From IMG/VR virus record IMGVR_UViG_3300025502_000112, positions 1 through 28,109 of that record: 28,109 nucleotides of DNA. One strand, given 5' to 3'. Of the stretch, positions 16,859 to 26,730 are shown in pieces (within the stretch, counting starts at the first letter, position 1; every line of letters starts with the position of its first letter). The notes beneath the pieces are model-generated. The model did no database searches, was not told the origin of the DNA, and saw only the letters and a program-made list of their open reading frames with translations. This DNA comes from a virus. Taxonomy: Duplodnaviria; Caudoviricetes. The translations under genes and the position numbers were made by a program.

Positions 16859-17275
16859 ATGGAAATAACCTACATACGCCCAACAGATTTAGATAGTATC
16901 TGGACTAAAGTAAAACCTTTTATGGAAGTGGCTGCTGAGTATACTTACGGTAGATTCACAACTAATGATATTAGAACAGAGTATAAAAAGGGTAGCCAGC
17001 AGTTCTGGTTAGCTCATGAGGGGGAAGAGGTGTTAGGCTTCTCTATCACAGAGGTAATGGACTACCCTCAGACTAGAGCCTTAATCATGCACTTCACAGG
17101 GGGTAAAGATTTACCTTTGTGGAAAGCACCTATGCTAAAAGATATACAAGAGTTCGCAAAGACTAACGGTTGTGACATCATAGAGTCTTACGGTAGGGTT
17201 GGTTGGGGTAAAGTATTTAAGGAAGATGGATACAAATCCAGATTTACGTTTTATGAATTGCCAGTGGAGAGATAA
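16859..17275 (+). CDS. GNAT-fold-like protein preceding ejection genes
   Basis: FAKTNGCDIIESYGRVGW..G pattern; position equivalent to T7 gp13. Confidence 0.5.
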   Translation: MEITYIRPTDLDSIWTKVKPFMEVAAEYTYGRFTTNDIRTEYKKGSQQFWLAHEGEEVLGFSITEVMDYPQTRALIMHFTGGKDLPLWKAPMLKDIQEFAKTNGCDIIESYGRVGWGKVFKEDGYKSRFTFYELPVER

Positions 17276-17279
17276 GAAC

Positions 17280-18203
17280 ATGAAGATTAAAGAACTATTA
17301 GTAGATTTATTAGAGCCCTTTTACTATGAGACATTTATGCCTTGGTTTGAAAATAGTGGTTTTATCTTATATGGTGGTGGTGGTAAGGGCAAGAAGCCTA
17401 GAGCTGCTGCCCCCCTAGCTGGTGTGGAGTTTAAGCCCTATGCCTTAACAACCTCCACAGGAACTACTACTGGTGCAACAACTCCTGGTGGTGGCTTTGG
17501 TGCGGATGTAGAACTTGACCCTACCATAGCAGCGTTAGGACAAGCTGGGTACGAAGGGGCTCTAGGACTCCAGCCAGACTTACTAGCAGCTATCAAGGAT
17601 AGACCAGACGACTTTGCGTTTGACTATGACCCTAGAGCTGCTGCTAAAGAATATTATACAGAACAGGCTGGACTACTAGAACCTCAGTTTGCACAACAAA
17701 GACAAGACCTCAAGAATGACCTCTTCGGTAGTGGTCGTATGGGGTTAATGTTGTCTGGTAGTAGTGTTGGTGCTGGTGAAGGTGGTATGGTTAGTCCTGA
17801 TGCTTTCGGGTTAGGTAGAGCTCAATCTCAAACCTTAGCTGGTATTAGTGCTGACTCTAGACAGAGAGCCTTAGCTGAACAACAAGGTTTGTTTGGCATT
17901 GCTAGTGGAGCTTACGGTATGAATCAAGGCGCACAGCAACAGTACCTACAAAACCTACAAGGTGGTAGTGCTGGTCTAATGGGTCAAGGTGCTGGTATCT
18001 CAGAACTAGAAATGAATCTGATTAACCAAGGTCTCTCTATCGAGCAAGCTAGGTCTGGAGCTTTATCAAACTCTGCTATGGCAGGTGCACAACTAGCTCA
18101 AGCTACCCCACAGAAAAGGGGTAAGGGTGGTGGTCTCTTAGGGGCTGCTGCTTCTTTAGGTAGTGCCTATATGATGGGACCAGCAGCACCAGTAGGACCG
18201 TGA
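17280..18203 (+). CDS. Internal virion / ejection protein 1
   Basis: Gly/Ala/Gln-rich; GGGGKG after a 31-aa leader; C-terminal GGGLLGAAASLG. Confidence 0.7.
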   Translation: MKIKELLVDLLEPFYYETFMPWFENSGFILYGGGGKGKKPRAAAPLAGVEFKPYALTTSTGTTTGATTPGGGFGADVELDPTIAALGQAGYEGALGLQPDLLAAIKDRPDDFAFDYDPRAAAKEYYTEQAGLLEPQFAQQRQDLKNDLFGSGRMGLMLSGSSVGAGEGGMVSPDAFGLGRAQSQTLAGISADSRQRALAEQQGLFGIASGAYGMNQGAQQQYLQNLQGGSAGLMGQGAGISELEMNLINQGLSIEQARSGALSNSAMAGAQLAQATPQKRGKGGGLLGAAASLGSAYMMGPAAPVGP

Positions 18204-18248
18204 TGGTTACCTTCAAGTGGATTATGAGTTATTAGGGAGTAAATAATT

Positions 18249-18929
18249 ATGGCTAGACAAACCGTACAAGATATACTTAGAGCACAAAGAGAGTCAAGAG
18301 ATAGGCAATATGGGGCACTGCAAAATTCTTACCAACGAAACCTTGCTATGGGTAATGAGTATGCAGACCAAGATTACGCATTGCAAACATTAGCAACTGC
18401 CTTAGGTAATAAGTTAGCTGGTAAGTACAAGAGTGAGTCTCCAGAGATGACAGCAGCTAGGGCAAATGATGCAGAAGATATTGCTAAAAAAGATTTAGAT
18501 GCCAGTATAAAGAGAGAGATGTTTATTTATAAAAACTCTCAGGATTTGCTAGGGGAGTATGACCCAACCAAGGCTGGTGTGGTAGGGGAACACTATGATA
18601 GAATACTAAATGGTATTAGTAGTAATACTGTGGGAGAAGGAGAAGGTGCAGCCCCTCCTGAAAGTGTGCTAACAGCAGGTCCAGGTACATTTAACCAAGA
18701 CCCTACAATCCCTCAGCAGGTAGAGGGTGCTGACGTATTCACTAGTGGTATTACAACACCTCCTGCAGAAACTAATAAAGCAGAGAGAGATGCGTGGCTT
18801 AGGAAGTCAAGACCTGGTGACCCTTTTAGAGTTAACTCAGTTAGAGGCACTGCAGTAGAAAAAGACAAACAGCTCTGGCAGTTGTATAGGGAGTCTCTTG
18901 GCACCAGCAACCGTCCTGTATTCAAATAA
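18249..18929 (+). CDS. Probable internal virion protein 2
   Basis: SD AGGGAG; lies between ejection genes. Confidence 0.55.
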   Translation: MARQTVQDILRAQRESRDRQYGALQNSYQRNLAMGNEYADQDYALQTLATALGNKLAGKYKSESPEMTAARANDAEDIAKKDLDASIKREMFIYKNSQDLLGEYDPTKAGVVGEHYDRILNGISSNTVGEGEGAAPPESVLTAGPGTFNQDPTIPQQVEGADVFTSGITTPPAETNKAERDAWLRKSRPGDPFRVNSVRGTAVEKDKQLWQLYRESLGTSNRPVFK

Positions 18930-18950
18930 ATAAGGTAACACACACACACT

Positions 18951-21900
18951 ATGACAACTTTGTATCAGAAGCAAGACGATGGAAAGATAGCCACCTTTGA
19001 TGGGGACTCTAAAGAGTTCTTATCCTTTGTGGATGAGTTACCTCAAGGCACGGCATACACTCCCCCTACGGAAGCAGCAGGTCCCTCTGGTGGGGACATA
19101 GCTAAAGGCCTAGCTGCTGAAATTGCTATTGGAGCAGGGGCACAGGTTGCGGGGGCTGCTACTGGTATCGGCTACCTTCCTATTGCATTTGCTGGTGGTG
19201 TTGCAGGTAACATCGCAGCACAAGAGATAGAGGGTGCTGAAGGCATTTCTTGGGGTAGGGCCTTAGTAGCGGGTGCTGCTAACTTAATACCTGCTAGCAA
19301 GGCTTTACAGGGCATTGGGAAGGGTACTGTTATAACTAAGCAGTTAATAGCTGAAGCTGCTAAGGACCAAGCGTTTAAAGGTGCTGTCATTGGTGTTAGT
19401 GATACTACAGCTCGTGCTACGATAGATGAGGATAGGATGCCTACACCTCAAGAGTTATTGACAGGTGGGTTAGCTGGTGCTACATTCGGTGGGGTGTTAG
19501 GTGGTGTATCCCCTAAAGTCTCTAAATCAATTAGTGGTATGTTTGCCTCTAAGGTTGGTAAAAAGATAGAGGGTAAGACACCAGCAGAGATTGATGAGTT
19601 AGTTAAGAAGGGTGTCATTACTCGTGAGGAGTTGTCTGAGTTAACTGACATGCCTCTAAAAGATGTAGCTAAGAAAACAGTATTAGCAGACGAAGCTAAG
19701 GAAGTTGCTGAGGCTGAAGAGTTACTAAGGAAAGAGTCTGGTGGACTAAACTGGTTCCAGAAGACTTTTGCAAAGTGGACTCCATCTATTACTCTTGGTA
19801 AAGAAGTTCAGAATTTAATTATCAAACACTCTAACCTTACTACAGGTAACATAGCTGCTGCATCTAGGATAGAGAGAAGTGTATCAACAGCTATCGAGAA
19901 GAACCCAACCCTACTACCTAGTGTAAATCAGTACCTAGACACAGGTGTTATGGATAGCTCCTTAAAAGGAACTCTATTAGAGACAGACTTAAAGTTCTAT
20001 GACAAGCTAAGGTCTGAATCACAACTATCTTTGATAGACCAACTAGATGAGAATAGCTTTCTTAAGATGACTCGAGAGGAGACACAGGCCTTAAGTAAGA
20101 TAGTACAAGATAGCTACAAGAATAAGAACTACAACACTAGAGAGTATAAAATGTTTACGGATAGTAAATATGAACCTAGTGCACAACAGAGAGCGGCTGC
20201 GGTTGAAGAGATTGCAGAGAAAGAAATGCTAAAGGGTAATGTAAAGAGGGCAGAGGCTACAGAGATAGCAACTAAGAAAGTACAATCCCTATTAGATAGT
20301 AGTGCTTTTGCTAGGTCTGTAAGTGGTGATAACAAGAACAAAGCTTTAGAAGGTGTATTTAGGAAACGTGCAGATGTTGGAGAGGCAGAGAGAGAATTCC
20401 TTGGAGAGATTACAGAACCAGGTGAGAGGATTAGAGGTACTCTAAGTTCTTTAACTAGGATTGTAGAGAGGAACTCTGGGGATATTGCCATTGCTAAGAC
20501 ACTAGAGAAAGCAGGTCTAGCTACCGCTGAGAAGGGTGCACCAGCTCATTGGATACCTTTAGTAGTTAGAGGGAACTTAGACACAGGTCTACATGTACCT
20601 CCTGCTATCAACCAAGCTCTGATTAAGGACTACCTTACTAAAGAACAAAGACCTGCTAACGAACTCTTAGACATGATACAAGACTTCTGGTTTGCTGGTA
20701 CTGGTGCTGCTAAGGCAACTAAGGTTCTATTTAACCCATCCTCTTACGGAGTGAATGCGTATGGTGGTATGGCTACTATGCTAGGTATGGGTGTTGTACC
20801 TAATAGAGCTTACTTCAAAGGTCTTAAGTTAGCACTGTCTGAATTTAATATAGTAGAAGACTTAGCTAGTGGTGGTAGCCCAGCAGCTAGGAAAGCTATG
20901 CTTACTGACATGAGGGACATGGAAAGGTTTGGTCTGTCTAATGCTAATATCTTAGTATCTGATGTTAGGGATACGTTAGATGCTGGTAAGATTTCTACAG
21001 CACTCTCTGATAAACTAACCCCTGTAGGTAAAGTCTACTCTGCTACGGATACTGCTGCTAGATACCAAGTGTGGGTTCATAATAGGGCAGTAGTAGGCAA
21101 GCTGTTCCCTGATATGGATAGTGAAGGTATTAAACAAAGAGCTGCTGACTTAACAAATGATACATTCCAGAACTATGCTAGGTTGAATGACTCAGCTAAG
21201 ACTCTTTCTCGTATAGGTGTTATGCCACAGTTTGCTTCTTTTACTTTAGAGTTTGCTAGAAACATTACAAACCAAGTAAAGGTATCAAAGCAGATGATGA
21301 TGGGTACGTTTGGAAAAGAGTTAGGGATTACAAACCAACCTAACATCGCTGCTATGAAGTTAGAAGGAGCTAAACGTATGGCTTCACTAACAGCAGTAGT
21401 AGGTGCAACGGAAGCAGGAAGAAGAGCGTGGAATGAAGAGCAGGGTGTTACTGAGGACAAAGAGAAATTATTAACTAACCTTGTCGTAGCTCCTTGGGAT
21501 AAGGGCAAGTCTCTTAGCTTTAAGATGAGTGAGGATGGTAAGACTGGTGAGTATATGAACTTATCCTACCTTTCTCCACATGCTATGATAGCAGACCTTA
21601 TTAACGCTGGCCTAGGGGAAGACCCTGCAGGAGACATTGCAGAAGGTCTGTCTGAGTATTTTATAGGTGAGGGTTCTTTCCTACTACAAGAAGCCTCTAG
21701 AGGCTTAGCAAACAGGGATGAGTATGGTAGAACTATCTCTAACTCTCCAGATAAACTAGTGAATGCTCGTAAGAGAGTTGCTCACACCCTCTATGAGATA
21801 CTTGAGCCTGGAGTCTTTAGGGAGTTTGAGAGGGGCTTAGACCCAGAGTTTACTAGAGAAGAGATGGCTTTAAGGTTAGTAGGTATTAGAAATAATAAGT

Positions 21901-22550
21901 TTAATATTGAGGAACGTTCAGTACAAACTGTTAGGTCTAACATCTTTGCTGGTAGAGACTCTTTTAGAGCGTATAACTCTATGCGGAACAAGGGGGATGA
22001 TAGCCCACAGGCAATGGCTAAAGCATACGAGGAAGCTTCAGCTGACTATACTGCCAACATGAAGAATACCCTAGAGAATATAGGTAGTATGAGAGCATTA
22101 GGTTATGACCAAGATAAAATAATTGGTATCTTGAAAGAAGCTGGTACAAAAGGTTCTGATATACTAAGTTTGTTAGAAGGTAGAATCAATATCCCTGCCC
22201 CTGATAAAGAACCAACTACTGCTGACATCTTTACTGAGTTAGGGTTAGACACTGCTACTCCTAAAGAGTTTAGTAAGAAGGTGGGGGAAGTCTTTAAGAC
22301 AGATGCGAACCTAGCTAAAGCTTTAAGGGATAGGTACGTAGCTAATAGGAAAGCTAAAGTGAGAGGGGTCTCTGCTTATGATACTGTAGTCAAGGGGTTG
22401 TCTCTTGAAGAGAGAGCTGAGTATGCTATTAAGACAATAGGAAACAATCCAAAGGTACTGAACGAACTCTTTAAGAAAGGGATTGTAACTAAAGGTGTTA
22501 TGATTAAAATGAGAGAGATGGGTTACAACAGTAAGGGTAACTACAAATAA
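18951..22550 (+). CDS. Large internal virion / DNA ejection protein
   Basis: 1199 aa, helical, glycine-zipper N-terminal segments, last gene of the virion arm. Confidence 0.75.
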   Translation: MTTLYQKQDDGKIATFDGDSKEFLSFVDELPQGTAYTPPTEAAGPSGGDIAKGLAAEIAIGAGAQVAGAATGIGYLPIAFAGGVAGNIAAQEIEGAEGISWGRALVAGAANLIPASKALQGIGKGTVITKQLIAEAAKDQAFKGAVIGVSDTTARATIDEDRMPTPQELLTGGLAGATFGGVLGGVSPKVSKSISGMFASKVGKKIEGKTPAEIDELVKKGVITREELSELTDMPLKDVAKKTVLADEAKEVAEAEELLRKESGGLNWFQKTFAKWTPSITLGKEVQNLIIKHSNLTTGNIAAASRIERSVSTAIEKNPTLLPSVNQYLDTGVMDSSLKGTLLETDLKFYDKLRSESQLSLIDQLDENSFLKMTREETQALSKIVQDSYKNKNYNTREYKMFTDSKYEPSAQQRAAAVEEIAEKEMLKGNVKRAEATEIATKKVQSLLDSSAFARSVSGDNKNKALEGVFRKRADVGEAEREFLGEITEPGERIRGTLSSLTRIVERNSGDIAIAKTLEKAGLATAEKGAPAHWIPLVVRGNLDTGLHVPPAINQALIKDYLTKEQRPANELLDMIQDFWFAGTGAAKATKVLFNPSSYGVNAYGGMATMLGMGVVPNRAYFKGLKLALSEFNIVEDLASGGSPAARKAMLTDMRDMERFGLSNANILVSDVRDTLDAGKISTALSDKLTPVGKVYSATDTAARYQVWVHNRAVVGKLFPDMDSEGIKQRAADLTNDTFQNYARLNDSAKTLSRIGVMPQFASFTLEFARNITNQVKVSKQMMMGTFGKELGITNQPNIAAMKLEGAKRMASLTAVVGATEAGRRAWNEEQGVTEDKEKLLTNLVVAPWDKGKSLSFKMSEDGKTGEYMNLSYLSPHAMIADLINAGLGEDPAGDIAEGLSEYFIGEGSFLLQEASRGLANRDEYGRTISNSPDKLVNARKRVAHTLYEILEPGVFREFERGLDPEFTREEMALRLVGIRNNKFNIEERSVQTVRSNIFAGRDSFRAYNSMRNKGDDSPQAMAKAYEEASADYTANMKNTLENIGSMRALGYDQDKIIGILKEAGTKGSDILSLLEGRINIPAPDKEPTTADIFTELGLDTATPKEFSKKVGEVFKTDANLAKALRDRYVANRKAKVRGVSAYDTVVKGLSLEERAEYAIKTIGNNPKVLNELFKKGIVTKGVMIKMREMGYNSKGNYK

Positions 22551-22601
22551 AAAGAAGAGAAGAAAAAAGGGGCAATTAAGCCCCCTTCTCTATTCTATTT
22601 T
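22551..22601. terminator. Bidirectional intrinsic terminator between converging arms
   Basis: GGGGC-AATTAA-GCCCC (22569-22584), A tract on the left and T-rich tract on the right. Confidence 0.85.
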
Positions 22602-22739
22602 AAATATATAATACACTACTCTCACAATGACGAAGTCTAATGTCATAATGAATGTAATGTCTTGTGAGGGGGTGGATGGAAACTCAACCCCCAACCCCAT
22701 TCCTGGAATCCAACTCCATGACATACCGTGACATTTCAT
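22590..22739 (-). CDS. Small hypothetical protein (49 aa)
   Basis: Below track cut-off; GGAGG SD; MKCHGMSWSWIPGMGLGVEF...LDFVIVRVVYYIFKIE. Confidence 0.65.
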   Translation of the reverse strand: MKCHGMSWSWIPGMGLGVEFPSTPSQDITFIMTLDFVIVRVVYYIFKIE

Positions 22740-22757
22740 TATCTATTCCTCCCTTAG

Positions 22758-24605
22758 TTATACTTCACAAGACTTACCTGAGCAGGCAAGGTTATCTTTA
22801 GCTTCTGTATTATCCTCTCCTTCTATTACTTCTGTCAAGTCTATCTTAGCTAACTGCTCATACATTAGATGATACTCTTCTTCTGTACAATCTGTGAAGG
22901 GTGCTTGCTGATATGTTCCCCCGTTGTATGGTAGTACAGAAATACCTGTATACTCTTCTCGGTTATCCCACATCCACTGTCCACACTCTTCCCACTCATC
23001 ATCCTTCAAGGAGATAGTACAACTTACATTGTGTGTGTTATCCCCTTTGTTATGACCATTGCCAACCCACTCCTGATTAAATCTCCGTACTCGTTCTAGT
23101 AAGTCTTTGTAGCTCTCAGTCCTTAACATAGCCCCTTTAGGTGCTTTCTGTGGGAAGCTCATGACTGCTTCTAAGTGAGGCTTATGAACACAGTCTTCAA
23201 TTAGGTCTGGTACTTTAGACTTCATGTAGGCATATAGTGGCTCGTTCTTACCAACACGCATACGACGAATATAATAGTCATTATGCCAAGCGTGTATGCC
23301 ACTGCTTGAACCCAAGACCAGTGAGGTAGTTCCCGCAGGTTTAACAGTAGTAATCCGATAACTGATATTAATACCAATAAGGTTAGCAACACGGGCGTTC
23401 TCCTCTTTAGCTATTTCTGCAGACTCTTTCAGGTCTAACTTTAGTACAGCTCCACTTCCAATCCCAGTCATAGACACACCTAGTAGGCCTTCTCTCTCTG
23501 TTGTCTCTTTCCATACAGAGCGAAGGTAGTGGAAGTCTGTGTACCCAGCTTGTAGTGTACCAAGTAAGGTTGCAGCTTTTACACGAGCGTTTAGTTCCTC
23601 TTGTTTTGTTACATCACTTACGTTTACTTCTACTAGGTTACAATATTGGTTAGGCATTAGGGCAATCTCACAGCAAGGGTTACTACCCATGTCATAGTTG
23701 TTAGTCCAGAACACACCTGGCTCACCACTACCTGAGTCTTCTACCTTCTTCCAGATATCCTTCCACTCATCCTCAGTGGTATCATCTCGGTGTAACACCA
23801 CAGAGTTGTTAGCTCTACCACGTTGAGGGTTTAACTCCCACCAAGCTCCTGCCTTAGCTGATAGCATATCTAAGTCATCTTTATCAAACAGACTAATCAA
23901 AGCTGCTCTACGTATACCACCAGTTAATACTGCATCTGCAATGTGACAAATCATATCATGTACTTCTAGTGGTTGTAGTTTTCTACCCACTGCATCATTA
24001 AGTACACTACGTAACTTATCTAAGCAGATACGTAATGGGTCTGGTCCAGGAGCTTTACCACCACTTGTTACTAACCTAGCACCCTTATGTCTAATGTCTC
24101 GGAAGTCAAACTGTGGGTCACTCTTACCTTTAGTGTATGCCTTGATTAGCACTTTAACGGCATCTGCCCAGCCTTCAATTGAATCCCCTACTAAGAACCT
24201 ACGTTGACGCTCTAGAGGCCCTACAATGGTTGGTAGCTGCTCTGTGTGACGCTTCTGTACTGAGTAGCCTACACCACTACCACCTAGTAGATTAAACATA
24301 GTCTCACTGAAGACAGCAGGGTGGTCTACTGGTGAGAAGGCACAGTTAAACATACGGTTGTTGCTCAACTCAATAGGTCTTCCACCAAATTGTAAGCTAC
24401 GCATAGAAGGTAGTATTTGTTTGGCGTATACATACTTGTAAGCAGAGACTATCTCCCCTTTAAAGTCTGGGTACTTACGTACATGCATGTCAAGGTTACG
24501 GTCTACTAACTCTGCCCATGTCTCTCTACGTTCAAGACCATCTACATACTTTGCGTACTTGTTGAAGACTGTAATGTTTGATAACAGTTCTTGTGAATTA
24601 TCCAT
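22758..24605 (-). CDS. nrdJ: Class II (adenosylcobalamin-dependent) ribonucleotide reductase, monomeric RTPR type
   Basis: FNCAF, GGIRRAALI, NPCCEI, CNLVEV, TTVKPAGT, C-terminal CSGKSC; start MDNSQ with AAGGA SD. Confidence 0.9.
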   Translation of the reverse strand: MDNSQELLSNITVFNKYAKYVDGLERRETWAELVDRNLDMHVRKYPDFKGEIVSAYKYVYAKQILPSMRSLQFGGRPIELSNNRMFNCAFSPVDHPAVFSETMFNLLGGSGVGYSVQKRHTEQLPTIVGPLERQRRFLVGDSIEGWADAVKVLIKAYTKGKSDPQFDFRDIRHKGARLVTSGGKAPGPDPLRICLDKLRSVLNDAVGRKLQPLEVHDMICHIADAVLTGGIRRAALISLFDKDDLDMLSAKAGAWWELNPQRGRANNSVVLHRDDTTEDEWKDIWKKVEDSGSGEPGVFWTNNYDMGSNPCCEIALMPNQYCNLVEVNVSDVTKQEELNARVKAATLLGTLQAGYTDFHYLRSVWKETTEREGLLGVSMTGIGSGAVLKLDLKESAEIAKEENARVANLIGINISYRITTVKPAGTTSLVLGSSSGIHAWHNDYYIRRMRVGKNEPLYAYMKSKVPDLIEDCVHKPHLEAVMSFPQKAPKGAMLRTESYKDLLERVRRFNQEWVGNGHNKGDNTHNVSCTISLKDDEWEECGQWMWDNREEYTGISVLPYNGGTYQQAPFTDCTEEEYHLMYEQLAKIDLTEVIEGEDNTEAKDNLACSGKSCEV

Positions 24606-24670
24606 TGCGTGTTTCCTTGTTAGTTTGTAATTGTATAAATTGATTGGGGGGAATGTGTCTACCCAAGCTT

Positions 24671-24904
24671 TCACTCTCGTAGGTCTCCAATCATCTTATC
24701 TATATAGTGTCTAGCTTTCTCTAGGTCTTGCTTCTTATTATCTTTATCTCGTAGTAGGTACTTCAGGGCGTTACCTGCATAGAACCCTAGTTTATACTCA
24801 TCTACAATATCCCAAGGTTGGATGGTGTACTTCTTGTAATGGTCACCACCTACTTGTATATCTTTAAAAGCCTTAGCTACTACTTCCTTTGTCTTCTCTG
24901 TCAT
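24671..24904 (-). CDS. DUF3310 family protein (T7 gp1.7-like nucleotide kinase domain)
   Basis: QVGGDHY..IQPWD...GNALKYLLR...QDLEKARHY. Confidence 0.85.
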   Translation of the reverse strand: MTEKTKEVVAKAFKDIQVGGDHYKKYTIQPWDIVDEYKLGFYAGNALKYLLRDKDNKKQDLEKARHYIDKMIGDLRE

Positions 24905-24944
24905 TTTTATCTTCCTTACTTTGTCTAGGAACCAGTCTGGGTTG

Positions 24945-25715
24945 TTAGTCCTGTCGTGCATACTTATCCTCCAAGTATCTAATACTAATAGGCATCTCAT
25001 CGAAGCTACCATTCTCTACTTCATTCAATGTCCAGATTCCTTTCCAAGAACCGTTTCCTTGATACCCTAAGTAGCTCTCATCGTGTTGGTAGAAGATACC
25101 TGCAAACAATCCCGTTAATCTAACCCCATCACCACGCTTACCAAAGGCTATGTCTCTATCCTGAACATGCCCCATAATACAGCTCATCATCTTCTTAGTT
25201 AGTAAAGCTCTTGCACTGGCTACTGGTCTACCCATTACACCTGAAGTGAAGTAGTGGGCAAAAGCTACACCCTCTAAGATGACTGGCTCTAGAAAGTCAT
25301 ACACTTCCCAATCACTTAAGTTTAAATCTTTAAAACCAATGACATCCTCTAGGATAGCATCATACTCTACTGCCCGTTTGATACGCTCCTCATGGTTACC
25401 CATACAGTATACTAACCTTGGTGTCCACTGCTTCTTCTTACCTCGCTTCAACCTCTTCATTTCTTTCTTGATAGGCTCTAGTAGTATGTCCATTGCTTCA
25501 TTACCTGAGCTTATGTCATCCTTATAACGCCTACCCTCAAAGGACTTCTTGCCTTTGTCATAAGAGGAGAGGCTAGGCATATCCCAATGGTCACCAATAT
25601 GTACAATGTAATCTGGCTTAAGCTCTGCTATGTACTCACCAGCCCACCTGAGATGGTCCATTGGTACACCCAACTTAACTTGTGTATCTGGTATTACTAT
25701 AATTCGTTTACTCAT
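24945..25715 (-). CDS. Calcineurin-like metallophosphoesterase
   Basis: IPDTQ, GDHWD, GNHE, AH, GHVQ motifs. Confidence 0.9.
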   Translation of the reverse strand: MSKRIIVIPDTQVKLGVPMDHLRWAGEYIAELKPDYIVHIGDHWDMPSLSSYDKGKKSFEGRRYKDDISSGNEAMDILLEPIKKEMKRLKRGKKKQWTPRLVYCMGNHEERIKRAVEYDAILEDVIGFKDLNLSDWEVYDFLEPVILEGVAFAHYFTSGVMGRPVASARALLTKKMMSCIMGHVQDRDIAFGKRGDGVRLTGLFAGIFYQHDESYLGYQGNGSWKGIWTLNEVENGSFDEMPISIRYLEDKYARQD

Positions 25716-25728
25716 AGCCTAATCCTTT

Positions 25729-25881
25729 CTAAAAACAAGTGGTGGTGCAACTTGCACCAAAGCAGCAAGTGGTACACATAACCACCTTACCACTAGGGTC
25801 GATGAAAGTGTTAGAAGTACACACTGCATACGCACTTAGTGATGTTACAAGTAAAGCTGTTGCGATTAATAATCTTTTCAT
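25729..25881 (-). CDS. Secreted 6-cysteine peptide (50 aa)
   Basis: Not in track. MKRLLIATALLVTSLSAYA-VCTSNTFIDPSGKVVMCTTCCFGASCTTTCF; AAGGA SD. Confidence 0.8.
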   Translation of the reverse strand: MKRLLIATALLVTSLSAYAVCTSNTFIDPSGKVVMCTTCCFGASCTTTCF

Positions 25882-25885
25882 TGTA

Positions 25886-26065
25886 CTACTCCTTATTTAT
25901 AATTAAACATTCCGCTTTTACATTCTCGGAGATAGTTTCTTGTACCAAACTATCATACATAAAATAGTAGCTGAAATTCTTAGTCGCCCAAAAACACAAA
26001 TATGCAAACCCACAAAATAAACATATTGACACTAACACCGAAATACTTTTTTTTAAAACATTCAT
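25886..26065 (-). CDS. Single-pass membrane protein (59 aa)
   Basis: KK followed by ISVLVSICLFCGFAYLCFWA. Confidence 0.65.
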   Translation of the reverse strand: MNVLKKSISVLVSICLFCGFAYLCFWATKNFSYYFMYDSLVQETISENVKAECLIINKE

Positions 26066-26069
26066 TTTA

Positions 26070-26432
26070 CTATTCCTTTCCAACCTGTGTCAAATTGTCA
26101 CGGGTTAAAGATACCCAAACCAATTCCTTAAAAATTCCTATAGGTAGTACATACCCATACTGATTATTGTTCTTCGTGTTGACTAAGTTAATAACCACAG
26201 TACCATCTTTCTCTATTGAAAAACAACCCTCTGCCCTTTGCTTAATATTTACATCCTCAGCATAAGCTTGGAACAGAAATACATTAGGGGGTGGGTCATA
26301 CATAGTACATGGGGTGGTTGTTAGTGTAAGGAACACCCCTTTTGTTACCTCAGTTACTACCTCCTGAGGTGCTGCGTTAGCTGTCACTACTGTCATGAGG
26401 CCTACTAAAGTTAAAGCTATCGGATTAATCAT
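26070..26432 (-). CDS. Exported protein with signal peptide (120 aa)
   Basis: MINPIALTLVGLMTVVTANA-AP; two Cys in the mature part; GGAG SD. Confidence 0.65.
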   Translation of the reverse strand: MINPIALTLVGLMTVVTANAAPQEVVTEVTKGVFLTLTTTPCTMYDPPPNVFLFQAYAEDVNIKQRAEGCFSIEKDGTVVINLVNTKNNNQYGYVLPIGIFKELVWVSLTRDNLTQVGKE

Positions 26433-26730
26433 AGTCTTCTCCATACTCATCTTTAAAGTCTTTCTCAAAAGCCCTGAAGGAATGTTCTAACTCACCTTGG
26501 TCCTCTTCAAAGTCTAACTCCTTAACTCCGTAGTCTTCGTCAACATGTTCAGCCATGATAGCATCTTTAATCAACCCTTTTAGTCTAAGGTCATTTAGTA
26601 AATCAATAACCTCTGTTATGGTCATTACCATAGGCTCCCCACAATCAGAACAAACCCTCTGGTAATCTACTACCTCAAACTCAGGCCCTTCTGCACCGCA
26701 AGAATAACAAATTAAACTTTCTTCACTCAT
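26425..26730 (-). CDS. Zinc-ribbon protein with acidic tail
   Basis: CYSCG...CSDCG. Confidence 0.7.
   Translation of the reverse strand: MSEESLICYSCGAEGPEFEVVDYQRVCSDCGEPMVMTITEVIDLLNDLRLKGLIKDAIMAEHVDEDYGVKELDFEEDQGELEHSFRAFEKDFKDEYGEDYD

Noticed and set aside
2146-21991. Minus-strand and alternate-frame ORFs of the track within the virion arm (e.g. 2146-2361, 7715-8197, 10194-10559, 20129-20491)
   Set aside because: Shadows of well-supported genes, with no motifs or evident RBS
22758-24605. Intein or intron in nrdJ (also checked terL)
   Set aside because: Continuous frames of normal length with no splice or homing motifs
25743-25759. Palindrome TGGTGCAA-C-TTGCACCA
   Set aside because: Single occurrence in coding sequence with no adjacent promoter
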